Source of the DNA: Hydrolagus colliei
Taxonomy: Eukaryota
DNA: 64,000 bases
Direction of reading: 5' to 3'
Assembly (NCBI GenBank): GCA_035084275.1
Contig: CM068746.1
Coordinates: 34,038,001 to 34,102,000 of the forward strand
Below, piece by piece: positions 10,201 through 22,200 of the stretch. Numbering within the stretch: position 1 is the stretch's first letter; each line of letters begins with the position of its first letter. A model generated the notes under the pieces. It saw only the letters and a list, made by a program, of their open reading frames with translations. It was not told the DNA's origin and made no database searches. A program made the position numbers and the translations under genes.

Positions 10201-13200
10201 GGAATAGATGGCACATGGACGAGGCCAGAAAGGACGGAAAGGAGGAATGGAGAGGTCAGGGTGTGAGCACAGGGTGAGGGTATTCTGAAAGTTTTCTAAA
10301 GAGAATTTGGTAAAGAGTGGCGGGGGGTGGGTAACAGGTGGGGACCCAGATGGTGGGGATGGAGCAAGTGAGCAGAGGTGCAGGGTTGGGGAGAGTGACT
10401 TTAACGGAGCCTCAGTTGGTGGGGAGGCAGGTTAGGAGGGTTCGGAGTTAATGGAGTGGCAGATTGAGTGACTGACTGCACGACAGATGGCCGGGGATTG
10501 ACGGCTAGCTATTGTCGATGGCTGTTTTCAGGTGGCAAGTTCGTACTTCAAAGATTTCCACCTGTTGCTGGTTGGAGTCATCTGTTTGGCCACCTCGATA
10601 GAGAAATGGAACCTGCACAGGAGAATTGCCCTGCGGCTGGTGATGATGATGGGTGTCGACTCTGGCCGGTGAGACCCAGCAACAACAGGAGGCCACTCTC
10701 CCACTGATCGCTTGTTCCTTCACTGAAGCCAACCAGCCCAATCCAAATTCTCTGGTCTTTCTCCTTCCACACTAATCTCAGTCCCCTGCTCTTTCCCTGT
10801 TTCCTCTAATTCCAATTACCTGCTCTTATTCCATCCCTTCTGATCTAGAGCTCTGACCTGGAGCTTCTCCGCCTCCCCACACCACCCCCTCTTCCCCACC
10901 ACCCCACGTCCTTCAAAATTTGTCTCAAGAACTTCCACTTTGACTGTGCCTTCGGTCATGTTGCCACCCCCAGCCCCCTTACACTTGCCCTCTGATGCAA
11001 ATTCTTCACTGTACAGCCTCTTGAGACATCCTCCTAATGTGAAAGACTACGCAAATGTAATTTGTTGTTGTTCCTCTAACCACATACTGTCTGTCTGCTC
11101 CTAGGTTAATGATGGGCTTCATGTTGAGCTGTGCCTTCCTGTCCATGTGGCTGAGCAACACATCCACGGCGGCCATGGTGATGCCGATCGTGGAGGCAGT
11201 CACCCAGCAGATTGTCAACGCAGAAACCGAGGCTGAAGCCTTGCAGGAGAACGGGGTATCCAACAGTGGTTTTGAGCTGAACGGTAAAACACAACAACAT
11301 TCATACAGCACCACCCAACTCTTAGGGTGATGTCTCAGAGAACTGAACAGGGATGGAGTTGGATACCGAGCAAGGGAGAAGGTGGAAGAGGTTGAAGAGA
11401 TAGGTTTTAATGTGGGATTTAAATAGAGGGGGGCAAGGTAGAGGGGTAGAGGAAGATAGCAGTAGAAGTTAGAGGTGTAGTGGCTGATGGTACAGCCATC
11501 GATGGTGCTGCAGAGGTCGTGGAATGTGCAATATGCCTGGGAATGGAGCAAGAAGAGGAGTGGGGCATGAGCAGATCAGGGAGGGAGAGAGGTTCTTTGG
11601 CATGAAGGAATTTGTACGTGAGAGTCAAGTTCTTGAAATTGATCCATAGGAGATAGGAAGACAGTGGAGCCTAACGAAGATTGGTGTGATGAGCTTGTGG
11701 ATTTAGTGCTTGTGAGGATTAGGGCAACAGAGTTTTGGACTAATTGGATCATGTGGATAGTGGAACTGAGATACAGCCTTCAGGTCCAACCATAGAGCAA
11801 ACTGAGGTCCAAATCTTTGCTTTGAGATTATTGTTTGCTAAGGTTACTCAGCCCACAAACACAATCTGACGTTTGCTCACTTTGGAGTGTAGGTGATTAC
11901 TGCCTGTGTCCAGTCATCCTGAGTTGTTAGTGCTGAGACCTTCTCTCCAGCTGCTTACAGTGATATTGCAACCCCCAACTGCACCACCATCACTACCACC
12001 AAAGTGTCTATGGGCGAGTTATTATCACCATTTTTAGGCATTTCACAGCATTTAAAAGGATTTTACTGGTAAGTGTAATAACTGTATTTTGAGGTTGCAG
12101 TCAATTTGCTCACAGGAATGTCCTTAAAAAGCCCTGAAGTAAATGAATGGTTTTATTTAAAAGATTGTCGGCCAGGACACTGGGAAAACTCCTTTCTATT
12201 TTACAATAGTGGGATCTTCAACGTCCCCTGAACAGGCACACGTGGGACCTTAGTTTACCATGTATTCTGAAGGACAGTGTCTCTGAAAATGTTGCACTGA
12301 CCCAGGGCTGCACTGGCTTGCCAGCTTGGAATGTAAACTCAAAGTCATGATCTGGGGCTTGAACCCACTCAGAGATGAGAGTGTTATGGACTGAGCCAGG
12401 CTGACAACAATTGTCTGTGTGGAGATGTTGAAGGATGGGGAGAGGAAAACATAGAGATGCACTTGACGACGCTGGTCTTATTCTCCTGGATTTCTGTTTT
12501 TTGGTCAGCTGAATGTGTGACACATATGGAAATCCATCACTCAAGAATATGCAAAAAATATCCTACCTACACACAGAAATTCCAGAGATGTTGATTGCGA
12601 TGCAATATGCACTCTCTCAATGGAGAAAATTATCTTATTTACCTAATTCCAGGAAAGTATTAGGCACAGGCTGGAAAGAGCCAACATTTGGCTCATTCCA
12701 ACCAACCCCGGGTATGTTGGAGTCTAAAACAGCTAAAACCGCATAGGTTGCCATTGATATCACTGTCTGGCAAGCTTTCCTTCTTATCCAGCTAGGAATA
12801 TCCTATCCACTTGGGTTTTGGTTTGCAGAGTTGACAGGAGCTAAGCCAGGCAGGATTGTAATCAGCAGTGTCCTGGAGCACTGGGGACCCGGTGTGGATC
12901 AGGAATCAGATTGGAGACCATCACAGAGAGCTGGCTCAATTTTGACATTGCATTGCCAACAGTTCAGCTCCAAGGAGACCCTCTTACACCATTCACCTAG
13001 CAGTATAGTCTAGCAAAAATCACAGAGCAGAGAGATGATAGAGCTACACTCACAAACCTCACTTTCGTTGAGCAATTCAACACGCAAGAGAATTACAATG
13101 TGGAGGAGTGACACATGCAAAGAGTGACACAGAATGGTGTGCTTCTCAATGTTGTGTTAATGCTTCTTGTGTCTCTTTTTGACTAAAGAAAAAGAAGATA

Positions 13201-16200
13201 AGATGAAGAATGAGGAAGGAAGAGAAGGGCAAGAACAGAAGAAAAATGACCAGGCGGAGAAGGACCCACCAGATGGGAAGAAGCTTGATACCGTGAAGCA
13301 GGAAAGGCAAGATCTGGAGAAGTAATGTCTTGACAATTTATACTTTCCATCTGATCTCTGCCCAATTTAACCCATTACACTCACTAGAGGCCTTCAATGC
13401 CCTAATGCCTCCCAATCTCTTTGCTTGTATCCCATTCCTCTGCCCAGTCCCTTGGCTGCATTTCACATCCTGCGTGCAGGGTGCTGAATAATTGTTGGTT
13501 GTTGTTTTCTCCTGAATGGAACCAAAATCCAGCAGAAATCTGAGATTTCTAACCATGTGAATATGAAAATCAGGAGTTTATGTTGAAATTGCGAAGTTCT
13601 TTGTTTGTGTCCCATCTGGACTACCTGGTCAAAAGCGTCATCTTTACTGCCACAGGTTGAGGAAGGTAAAATATCTATTTGTATGTGAAGCAAAATGATG
13701 GAATCTTTATTATGTGCATCATATTGGAGAGATATTAGATGTCTCAAATAATAGGAGGGGCGGGAGTGGGGGGAAAAAAAGGAGGAAAAACTCAATTTAA
13801 AACCCTTTTAGGATTACGCTTAAAAGAGCCAATGCAAATCTGATTGAGCAAAATGGTTACCTTTTGTGCTAGAATTTATTTCCATGGTTAAGATCTGACT
13901 ACTGTTTCTTTTATCACTCAGCTGCTGCAATAATGTGGATGTCCACTCTTACAGGATCGAACCAGAGGAGGTATGTTCTTTTATTATTAGAATTTTATTC
14001 TGTTATATTAAAATGTTCACGCAGCTTGTCTCAGGCTCCCACACTCTCTCCGTGTGGTCGTTAGCTTGAGGGTTCAAACCTCCCCTGCCCATTCCCATGT
14101 TGGGGACTTTGAGCTCGCAGTGCAGGCTGACTCTCCAGTGCAGTGGTAGGGTTGCATTGTGTTGTTGGAGATTCCGTCCTTCGGGTGAGCTGTTAAACCG
14201 AGGTCTTATCTGCGCCTGTAAACATGGAAGTTAAATATCCCGTGGCACTGTAGGAAAAGAGAAGGGAGTTTCTCTCTCCCAGTGTCCTGGCCAACAATCC
14301 TCTGTGACAAGACTGTGTTAAATGACTGGATGATGAGATTGAGTGACAAGCTCCCACGATCTTAGGTGCCCAGCTGGCTGAGGAAAACATGAAATTTGTA
14401 TGTTAGTTGTGTTATATAGTTATACAGTGACGTGTTTTCTTCCCCATGTCAGGCTGCTAAACAAAAAGTGACCAAATACAAGAACAAGAAGGATCATAAG
14501 CTGTGCAAAGCAATGTGCCTATGTGTGGCTTACTCCTCCACCATTGGAGGCCTCTGCACCATCACTGGCACCTCCACAAACCTCATCTTTATTGAGCAAT
14601 TCAACACGTAAGCGAATTACAATATGGAGCAGTGGCACATGCAAAGAGTGACACAGAGAGGTGTTTAATGATGCAGCAAGAAACAGGCCACTCATCTCAA
14701 CCACTCCATGCCCATATTTATACTCTTCAGATACCCACAACCCTCCATTCCCCTCTCCTATACCCCTCTATTCACCCTTCCTGTACCCATCCATTCCCCT
14801 CTCCAGAACCCTTCTATTCCCCTCTCCAGAACCCTCCTATTCCCCTCTCCTATACCACTCTATTAGATTACAATACAATGCAAAATTATATTTGCCTTTC
14901 ATGTACCAAGGAAGGACATACCAAGGAGCTGGACAGTCAGAGATTTGGACCTGAGCTGGGGGTTGGGATCAGAGAGGGTGGAGTGGAGGGAGGGTACGAT
15001 GGTGGCTAAAGTTACGGTCGAAGAGGAGGATATTGAGACAACGCACCTTGAAGGAGGTAAGAGAGGGAGTGAGGCAAAGGGAATGTGGGATGAAAGCCTG
15101 AAGGCTCAACCACCGATGGTGGGATGAGGGACGAGGAGCAAGACACAGCCTGCCGAGTGGAGGGAGTGGACAGGTTGATATAGGGTCAGCAGGATGCAGA
15201 GGCAGGAAGAAGCAAGGTAATGGAGGGCCTTGAAGGCGAGGACGAGTATTTTGAACTCTATTCTCTGGGAGACGTGGAACAGGCAGACTGGGTCATGGCA
15301 CTGATGTATGGAAGAAAGGATAGTTGAGGGTCAAACAATACACCAAGGTTCCGGACTGGCTCAGTGAGGTGGAGTGTGCATCCATGGATGGTGATGCTGT
15401 CAGTGCCTGAGATTTCCCTCTCTGACACCCTCTTTCCCTCTCTATTGCCCTCTGTCTCATGTATGTATCAAGTTTTATCTTAAACACGTTGATGCTTTTA
15501 GCTTGAACCACAACTTCCAGCAGCGAGTTTCACATTTTCTTTCTGTTTCCTTTTGTCGTAGGCGTTACCCAGAAAGTAATGATGTGAACTTTGGCTCCTG
15601 GTTTGTTCTTGTCTTCCCCATGTCACTCATTATTCTCATCTTGTCCTGGGTCTGGCTCCATATCATGTTCTGTGGCTTTAAGTAAGTCCCTTTTACATTT
15701 ATCCACCCATATTATAATCCCAAGATCACATGATAGGTCTGGATATAGAATGCCTTTCCGCACATCTGATCTAATTTCTCCATCACACCTTCCTTACCAT
15801 CTCTCCATCACAGTATCAAGCTGCTTTATAAATGAATTACGGTGTCCTGACCTCAACCAGCATCCTGCTAACCTGAGCTGAAAAAGTCCATGATTCTATT
15901 TATGAGAAGAGAGCCGGGAGTGGGATTGACTTTGAATAGCTCTTTTCAAAGAGCTGGCACAAACTCGATGGGCCAAATGGCCTCCCTTTGTGCTGAACAA
16001 TTCTATGATTCTATTCCCATCACTAATTAAAGAAAATCTTCCTGATGTCTGTCCTGAAATTGCCTTTATAACTCTAAACAAGCGTCCCCTTGTTCTACAG
16101 TTGTGTTGCATCCTAAAGGATTGACCTGGGTTTAAATTCTCACAACACATTTAAAATTTGGGGATTGAAAAAGTAAATCTTGACCAATATTTTAGAGTGT

Positions 16201-19200
16201 AGATTGACGCCGCTGCTGACTGTGTCACTCATTTGGACTCAACTACAGTGGAGTCCTGTAGCATAGTGGTTAAAGCACTTGCTTTGCAAGTGAGAGGACC
16301 TGGATTTGATTCCTGGACAGTGTAAAATATTAGTCAAGTTTCCGTACGCCACACCTCTGTTTACCTAACACAAAGTAGGATCCCCGTTGTTAGTCAATTA
16401 GCGGATTGCTTTTCTGGGGGTAATAATCCATTGAAAGATGGAACTTTTAAACAAATTCACTACTCAATCTATGACTGATTGTGAGATACCACTGTGTGCA
16501 ATTGGCTGCCATGTTTCACTCAAAAAATATACAGTCCATTCATTTTACAGTATATTCTATAAAGCATGTTGAGATGTCTCAAAGACATGATCAGGCATTA
16601 TATCAAATGCAGGGTTAATAGAAGCTGAGTGGGAGGAGTTCCCTCCAGCAATGGCTGGTTTGCCTTTCCAAGTCCTGCCAATGAGCCAGCCTGCTGTCAA
16701 CAGCTGTGACCTGGAACACCGCGCACCCGCCTGGTTCAGGAATCGGAAAAGAGAGAGCCACAGAGGATGTGATCCCACATTCCATTGATAAACATGTTAC
16801 CTTGGACCCGTTCATCCCTGAGTAGACCCCACTTACCTCCCATCGAAGGCCGTGAGCAACAGACATCACATAAAGGCTGTCCAGCACACAGGAAAGCAAT
16901 ATAAACATTCAGTACATTACGGGGCTCATTGTGGCCGGAACTGTATTTCTGACTGTCTCTGTGAAACCTTGCAGCTTTAAAAGGACGTTAACATGCAACA
17001 AGACCATGAGCAACAAAGAAAATGCATCTATGAAAGTCATTCAAAACGAGTACAAGAAACTAGGAGCCATGTGGTAAGAAATCTTTCCTGTTGCCTTGCA
17101 GCTGTGTCCAATACAGATGTGTGTCTGCAGTGATGGTGCTCCCATCCCTATACTCTATAAGCTGCAGATCATCGAGAACTCTGCAGCCTGTGTCCTCTCC
17201 CACACCAGGCTCAGCAAACCTATCACCCCCATCCTTGCCCGACTCCAATGGCTTCCCATCACACAGAGGATTCAATTAAAGTTCCTAATCCTTACCTTCA
17301 AAGCCCCCTGTGGCCTTGCCACCCCCCGATACCTCAGTGCCCTTCTAACCTCTGGTCTGCTCTATGTCCCCCTCACCCCTCCATTGTCAAGCGAGCCTTC
17401 AGCCACTCTGCCCCCAACCTTTGGAATGCCATCCTGTAATTCCCCCCACCTCACCCCCTCCCTAGCCTTCTTCAAGTCCCACCTCAAGACCCTCCTTTTT
17501 GACCATGCCATTGTTCACCCACACCCCCTTTCCCTCTGCCCTCACCAATCCCGACCCCAGCTTGGGTCCAAATCACTGACTGTGCAATGCCTTGGGATGT
17601 CCTCCAGATGCGAACTGTGCTACACAAATATAATTTTGTTATTATTGCATACAGGAAGAGGGTAGGGAGTGCAATCAAATACATTTGTAATCCACCCTTC
17701 ATGTGCAATATAAAGCAGAGGCCCCTTCCATGCCTAGTCAAGTGGATGGTAAAGGTAAAGAGATTTGCAAGGATCCTGGTGGCAGAGGTTTGGATGAGTT
17801 GGAAGTCTAAGGGTGATAGAATGATGGGAGACCAGTGAGGTGTGGGTGAGCAGTGTCTAGGCAATCGAATAGCAAACACTCACTGAGAAAAATTGTGATT
17901 GTGTTGTAATTGTAAGTGTGTCAGCAGAGGGGTTGAGCAGCAGAGACTGAGGAGTATATAGTATACAGTATATAGATATATATATAGCTGAAAGTTCTTT
18001 GTTTACCTCTCAGTTATCAGGAGATCATCACCCTCATTCTGTTCTGCTTAATGGCATTACTGTGGTTCACAAGAGAGCCTGGCTTCTTCCCAGGCTGGGC
18101 ATCTCTCTTCCCAGAGTAAGTATTGATACACGAGGGAATTATTCCACTCTGGGTGGGGGTGGGGAGTGTCTAAGTGGAACTGAGAGACTGATCTAAACTA
18201 GACAGAGTTCCACATTCGTCTGCCATCAGTGGTTAGAGCATTCGCCTTACAAGTGTGAGAGTGTTCGAATCCAGGCAGATCAGGGCGAAACCATGGACAA
18301 GTTTCCTTACTTCACATGCCTAATAATAACCGTCAAAAAAAAACACAATAATAAAAATTGGTCATTTTCAATTCATGGCAATGGATTTGTAGGACACTGC
18401 TGCGTGCAATTGGCTGCTGCATTTCACCCACAAATATACAGTCAATTCACTCTACAGTATATTCTGTGAAGCGCTTTGAGACATCGATAAGATGTGAAAA
18501 ATGCTATATCAAATGCAAGGATTATTATTATTATCTACATATGAAAATGTCCCTGTCTCTGGAATGAATTGCTCACCCTACTTAATTCTGGAGATTATTA
18601 GGGTCAGAATGGCAAGAGCCAAGGCTTTGGGACTCCATAGATTACCAGCATTTAAGGACTGATGGAACCTACACAGCTAAAATACTACACATCTTAACAT
18701 TGAGTGTAATATCTGGGAAGCCTCCAGCTACTGATCCAGCTGGTACCACCCTGCCTGTTAGGGTTTGGACTTGCAGAGTTAACAGGAACTGAGTGTTCTT
18801 CCAAGTCCTGCTGATGAACTGGGCTGAGCTGTCATCAGCAGTGATTGTAGCACTTTGGACCCACCTGGCTCGAAAACTGGACTGGAGACCACCGCAGATG
18901 GTGGACTCAATTCTAATTCAGCTTCAAGTAGACCCTACTTACCTTCCACATGAGGAGAATGGGACACATTATATTGGAAAAGAAACATTTGTTTGGAAAG
19001 GTATAAATTGGGGTTAGCCCTGTAGCTGAGTGGTTAGAGTACTTGCCTCACAAACAAGAGGGGTTTGATTCCTGGATGTAGCAAAAGATTAGGCAAGTTT
19101 ACTTACTTTACATGCCTCTTTTTACCTAACGGTAAGTAGGAACCTGGTTGTTAGTTAATAGACGGATTCCAGGGGTAATAATCTTTTTTTAAAAAAGAAT

Positions 19201-22200
19201 AATAATTTGGTCACTCAATCCACAACTGTTTGTGGGACACTGGCTGGGTGCAATTGGCTGCCACGTTTCGCCCACAATATACACATTCAATTCACTTTAT
19301 GCCCCAAAGATGCGATATGGCGCTATACATTAAATGCTGATGATTGCTAAATGTGCTATATTAAAGGATGATGATGATTATTATGATTATTGAATTTCGC
19401 TGTCTCTCTCTTCAGCAGGTATGATGGCTATGCCACAGACTCCTCGGTGGCTCTGTTGGTGGGTCTCCTTTTCTTTATTCTGCCTGCTGGCAAGGCCACA
19501 TCATCCCCAACAAAGAGTTGAGTGGTTGCTTTTGATTTTTGAGCTTCTTTCTGGTTTTAGCTGCTGTCGAAGGCTTCCGCCTTGGAGCAGCATTGCACAA
19601 CTTCCCTTCCTCATCCACACCCACTCCCCGATTTCAGAGCTCCTAGAAGCTACCCTGCCTGAAGGGTGCTTTATAAATTATCAATCCAAATTGTAGTTGT
19701 TGATGCAGATGAGGTAGATGCCAAAACAGCTTGCATTCGCACGGCGGCCATCGTACAAGGCAATATCTTGAAGCATTTAACAGGGACCTTGGTCGGACAA
19801 TGAGGAAGGCAGAGAGAGGGAGGTGGCCATAGGTGTGGTTGAACAGGTACATAACATAAGAAACTAAACATAAGAATATAAGAACATAAGGTAGGCTGTA
19901 AAGCAGGAGTTAAAGACTGAGTAGGGGGGAGTTCCAGAAGTGGAAGGTTAGAAGAAGAGGGTTCCTGAGGTTAGAGGACTGGGATGCAGAGTTTGGTGTG
20001 GGTGAGGATGGGGGTGGTGGGGCTTTAGAGGGGCTGGCAATGCGCTGGTGTGGTGTGAACCAGTTGGCTGGGTTGCCTGTCAAGCGATCCAGGCTTTCAT
20101 TTCTTGGCAGTTCTATTTTATAAATCACCTCTAGATGTTTATTGTGACATGACAGGCAGTGCACAATGCAAGTTGTTATAACTCAATTAACCATTGTCAA
20201 CCTGTGTGGTGACATAGCCTAGTTAAAGTCACTGGTTGGGTTAGCCAGGACATGCCAAACACACTTCTCTCTCTCACTCTCTTTCTCTCTCCCTCTCTCT
20301 ATTTCTCTCTCTCTGTCATTCACTTATTTTTGTCTCAGTGCCTCACCTCGAAACCCCTTCATGTCCTGGCAGTCTCTCCCAGTTGTCCTATCTCCTCCTG
20401 TCCCACAGGCTAACCAAGCCTTGCTGAGGAACCCCCCTGTTCTATAAGATGCTAAGTAAACACAAATTGTTTTTGTACTCTCTCTTTCTCTGTCTCTCAC
20501 TTTTTTTTCTAGCTCACGCTGCATTTTTCCCACTCTCTCAGAATCCCTCTAACTTTTTATCTCTCCTCTGTGACTCTCTCTGACACAAAGCATTCACAGA
20601 ATAAGTGTATAAAAGACTGGCCTTTTACCCGCTGGCCAGAATGTAAGGTAACTGAGCCACAGTTTCCTCGCTCATCCCCACATAGCCAAGGCATGTGCTT
20701 TTTATGCTGGTTTCTCCCAGCCTCACATCCACCGGAGCCCAATGTGGATTAGTGGGCATGTGAATAGCCAGCGTAGTGTAGAGCCTGGTTATCACTCTGG
20801 GATTTTGGAGCCCATTGCGCCACCCAAGAAACCAATAGCCGCTTGGGTCTGTGTTCTCTTCTGTGTTACAGAGAAAGGCTACGATGCTCTTATCACATGG
20901 TCAGAGTTTAATGAGCACGTGCCTTGGGATATCTTCTTGCTGGTCGGTGGAGGCTTCGCTCTGGCAGAAGGCTGTGAGGTGAGGCAACTGGTCCAAAGGC
21001 ATCTCAATTCCAGTGTGCCTGGACCAACTGGGCATCTTTACATCCATTTCCAAACAGGTCTCAACCTGGCTCAAACTCTCACACCCTCACCTCAAGTCAG
21101 AAGCTTGTGGGTTCAAGTCACATGTCGGGGACTTTGAGCTCACAGTCCTGGGGGAGTGCTACAATGTCGAAGGTGCCGTTCTTTGGATGAGACACTAAGC
21201 TGAAGTCCCGAGTGTGCCTGTTCAGGTGGATGTTAATGATCCTATGGCATTGTTGGAAAAGAGAAAGAAATTTCTCTCTCCCTCTCTCCCAACAATCCTC
21301 TGGATAAAATTGGTCATTCACTCTGGAGTCCTGTAGCATAGTGAGAGGACCAGGATTGGATTCCCAGGTGGTGCGAAACCTTAGGCAAGTTTCCTTAATC
21401 AAGGAACATGGTTGTTAGTTGATTGGCGGAAATGCTTTCTGGGGGTACTAATTTCTCCCCAAAATTCACTCAACCATGACTGTTTGTGGGACACAGCTGT
21501 GTGCAATTGGCTACTGTGCTCACAAAATATGGTCAAATCGACCAAGGTTCACAATATATTGTGTGAAGTGCTTTGATACATCTCAACAACCTGATATCAA
21601 ATGCAAGGATTATTATTATGGACCAGGAGGATTGTTGAGCCCTGTAACCATGTGGTATCTCTTTGGCTGTTACAGCTCTCGGGTCTCTCTGTCTGGGTGG
21701 GTAGTAAACTGGAGCCTCTGAGATCGCTGCCACTGTTGGTCATCATCCTGATCTCTTGTCTGCTTGTCACCACAGTGACTGAGGTTGCCAGCAACCCAGC
21801 TACCATCACCATCTTCCTCCCCATTCTTGCTCCCTTGGTGAGTATCCACCCATATATCTCTCCACTGTTCTTCTCTCCTGTAAATTCTGTGTAGCATAGT
21901 GGTTAACACACTTGCCTCCTAAGTGAGGGAACTTGGGTTTGATTTCTGAGTGGGGTGAAACCTTAGGCAAGTTTCCTTACTTTACAACATCTCTGTTTAT
22001 TTAACAGTAAATAGGAATCAGGTTGTTAGTTGATTAGGTGAACATCTTTCCAGAGGTAATAATCCCTCTTTTAAAAAAAAAACTGTGGTCACCCAATCCA
22101 TAACTATTTGTGGGACAATGCTGTGTGCAATTTGCTACCCCATCTTGCCCACAAACTACACAGTCAATCCACTTTACAACAAATTCTGTGAAGTGCTTTG

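Noticed and set aside
10532-10668. Assignment to slc13a4 or to the dicarboxylate carriers slc13a2/3/5
   Set aside because: KDFHLLL.GVICLATSIEKW, TEVASNPAT and the SWAP..N.T C-terminus match SLC13A1 as I recall it; no formal phylogeny was run
12509-12720. Alternative candidate for slc13a1 exon 5 after ttttttggtcag
   Set aside because: The required frame reaches TGA before any good phase-2 donor, and the downstream part belongs to the unclassified repeat
16255-16325. tRNA gene-like sequences (also 1980-2045, 21890-21955 and others)
   Set aside because: They have A/B boxes but no complete cloverleaf, and each continues into a SINE body
18808-18841. CTGATGA motifs here and at 31877, 61769 and 63970 as hammerheads or C/D snoRNAs
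   Set aside because: No GAAA core follows, and the box C to box D spacing is too short; these are simple inverted repeats, mostly within the unclassified repeat
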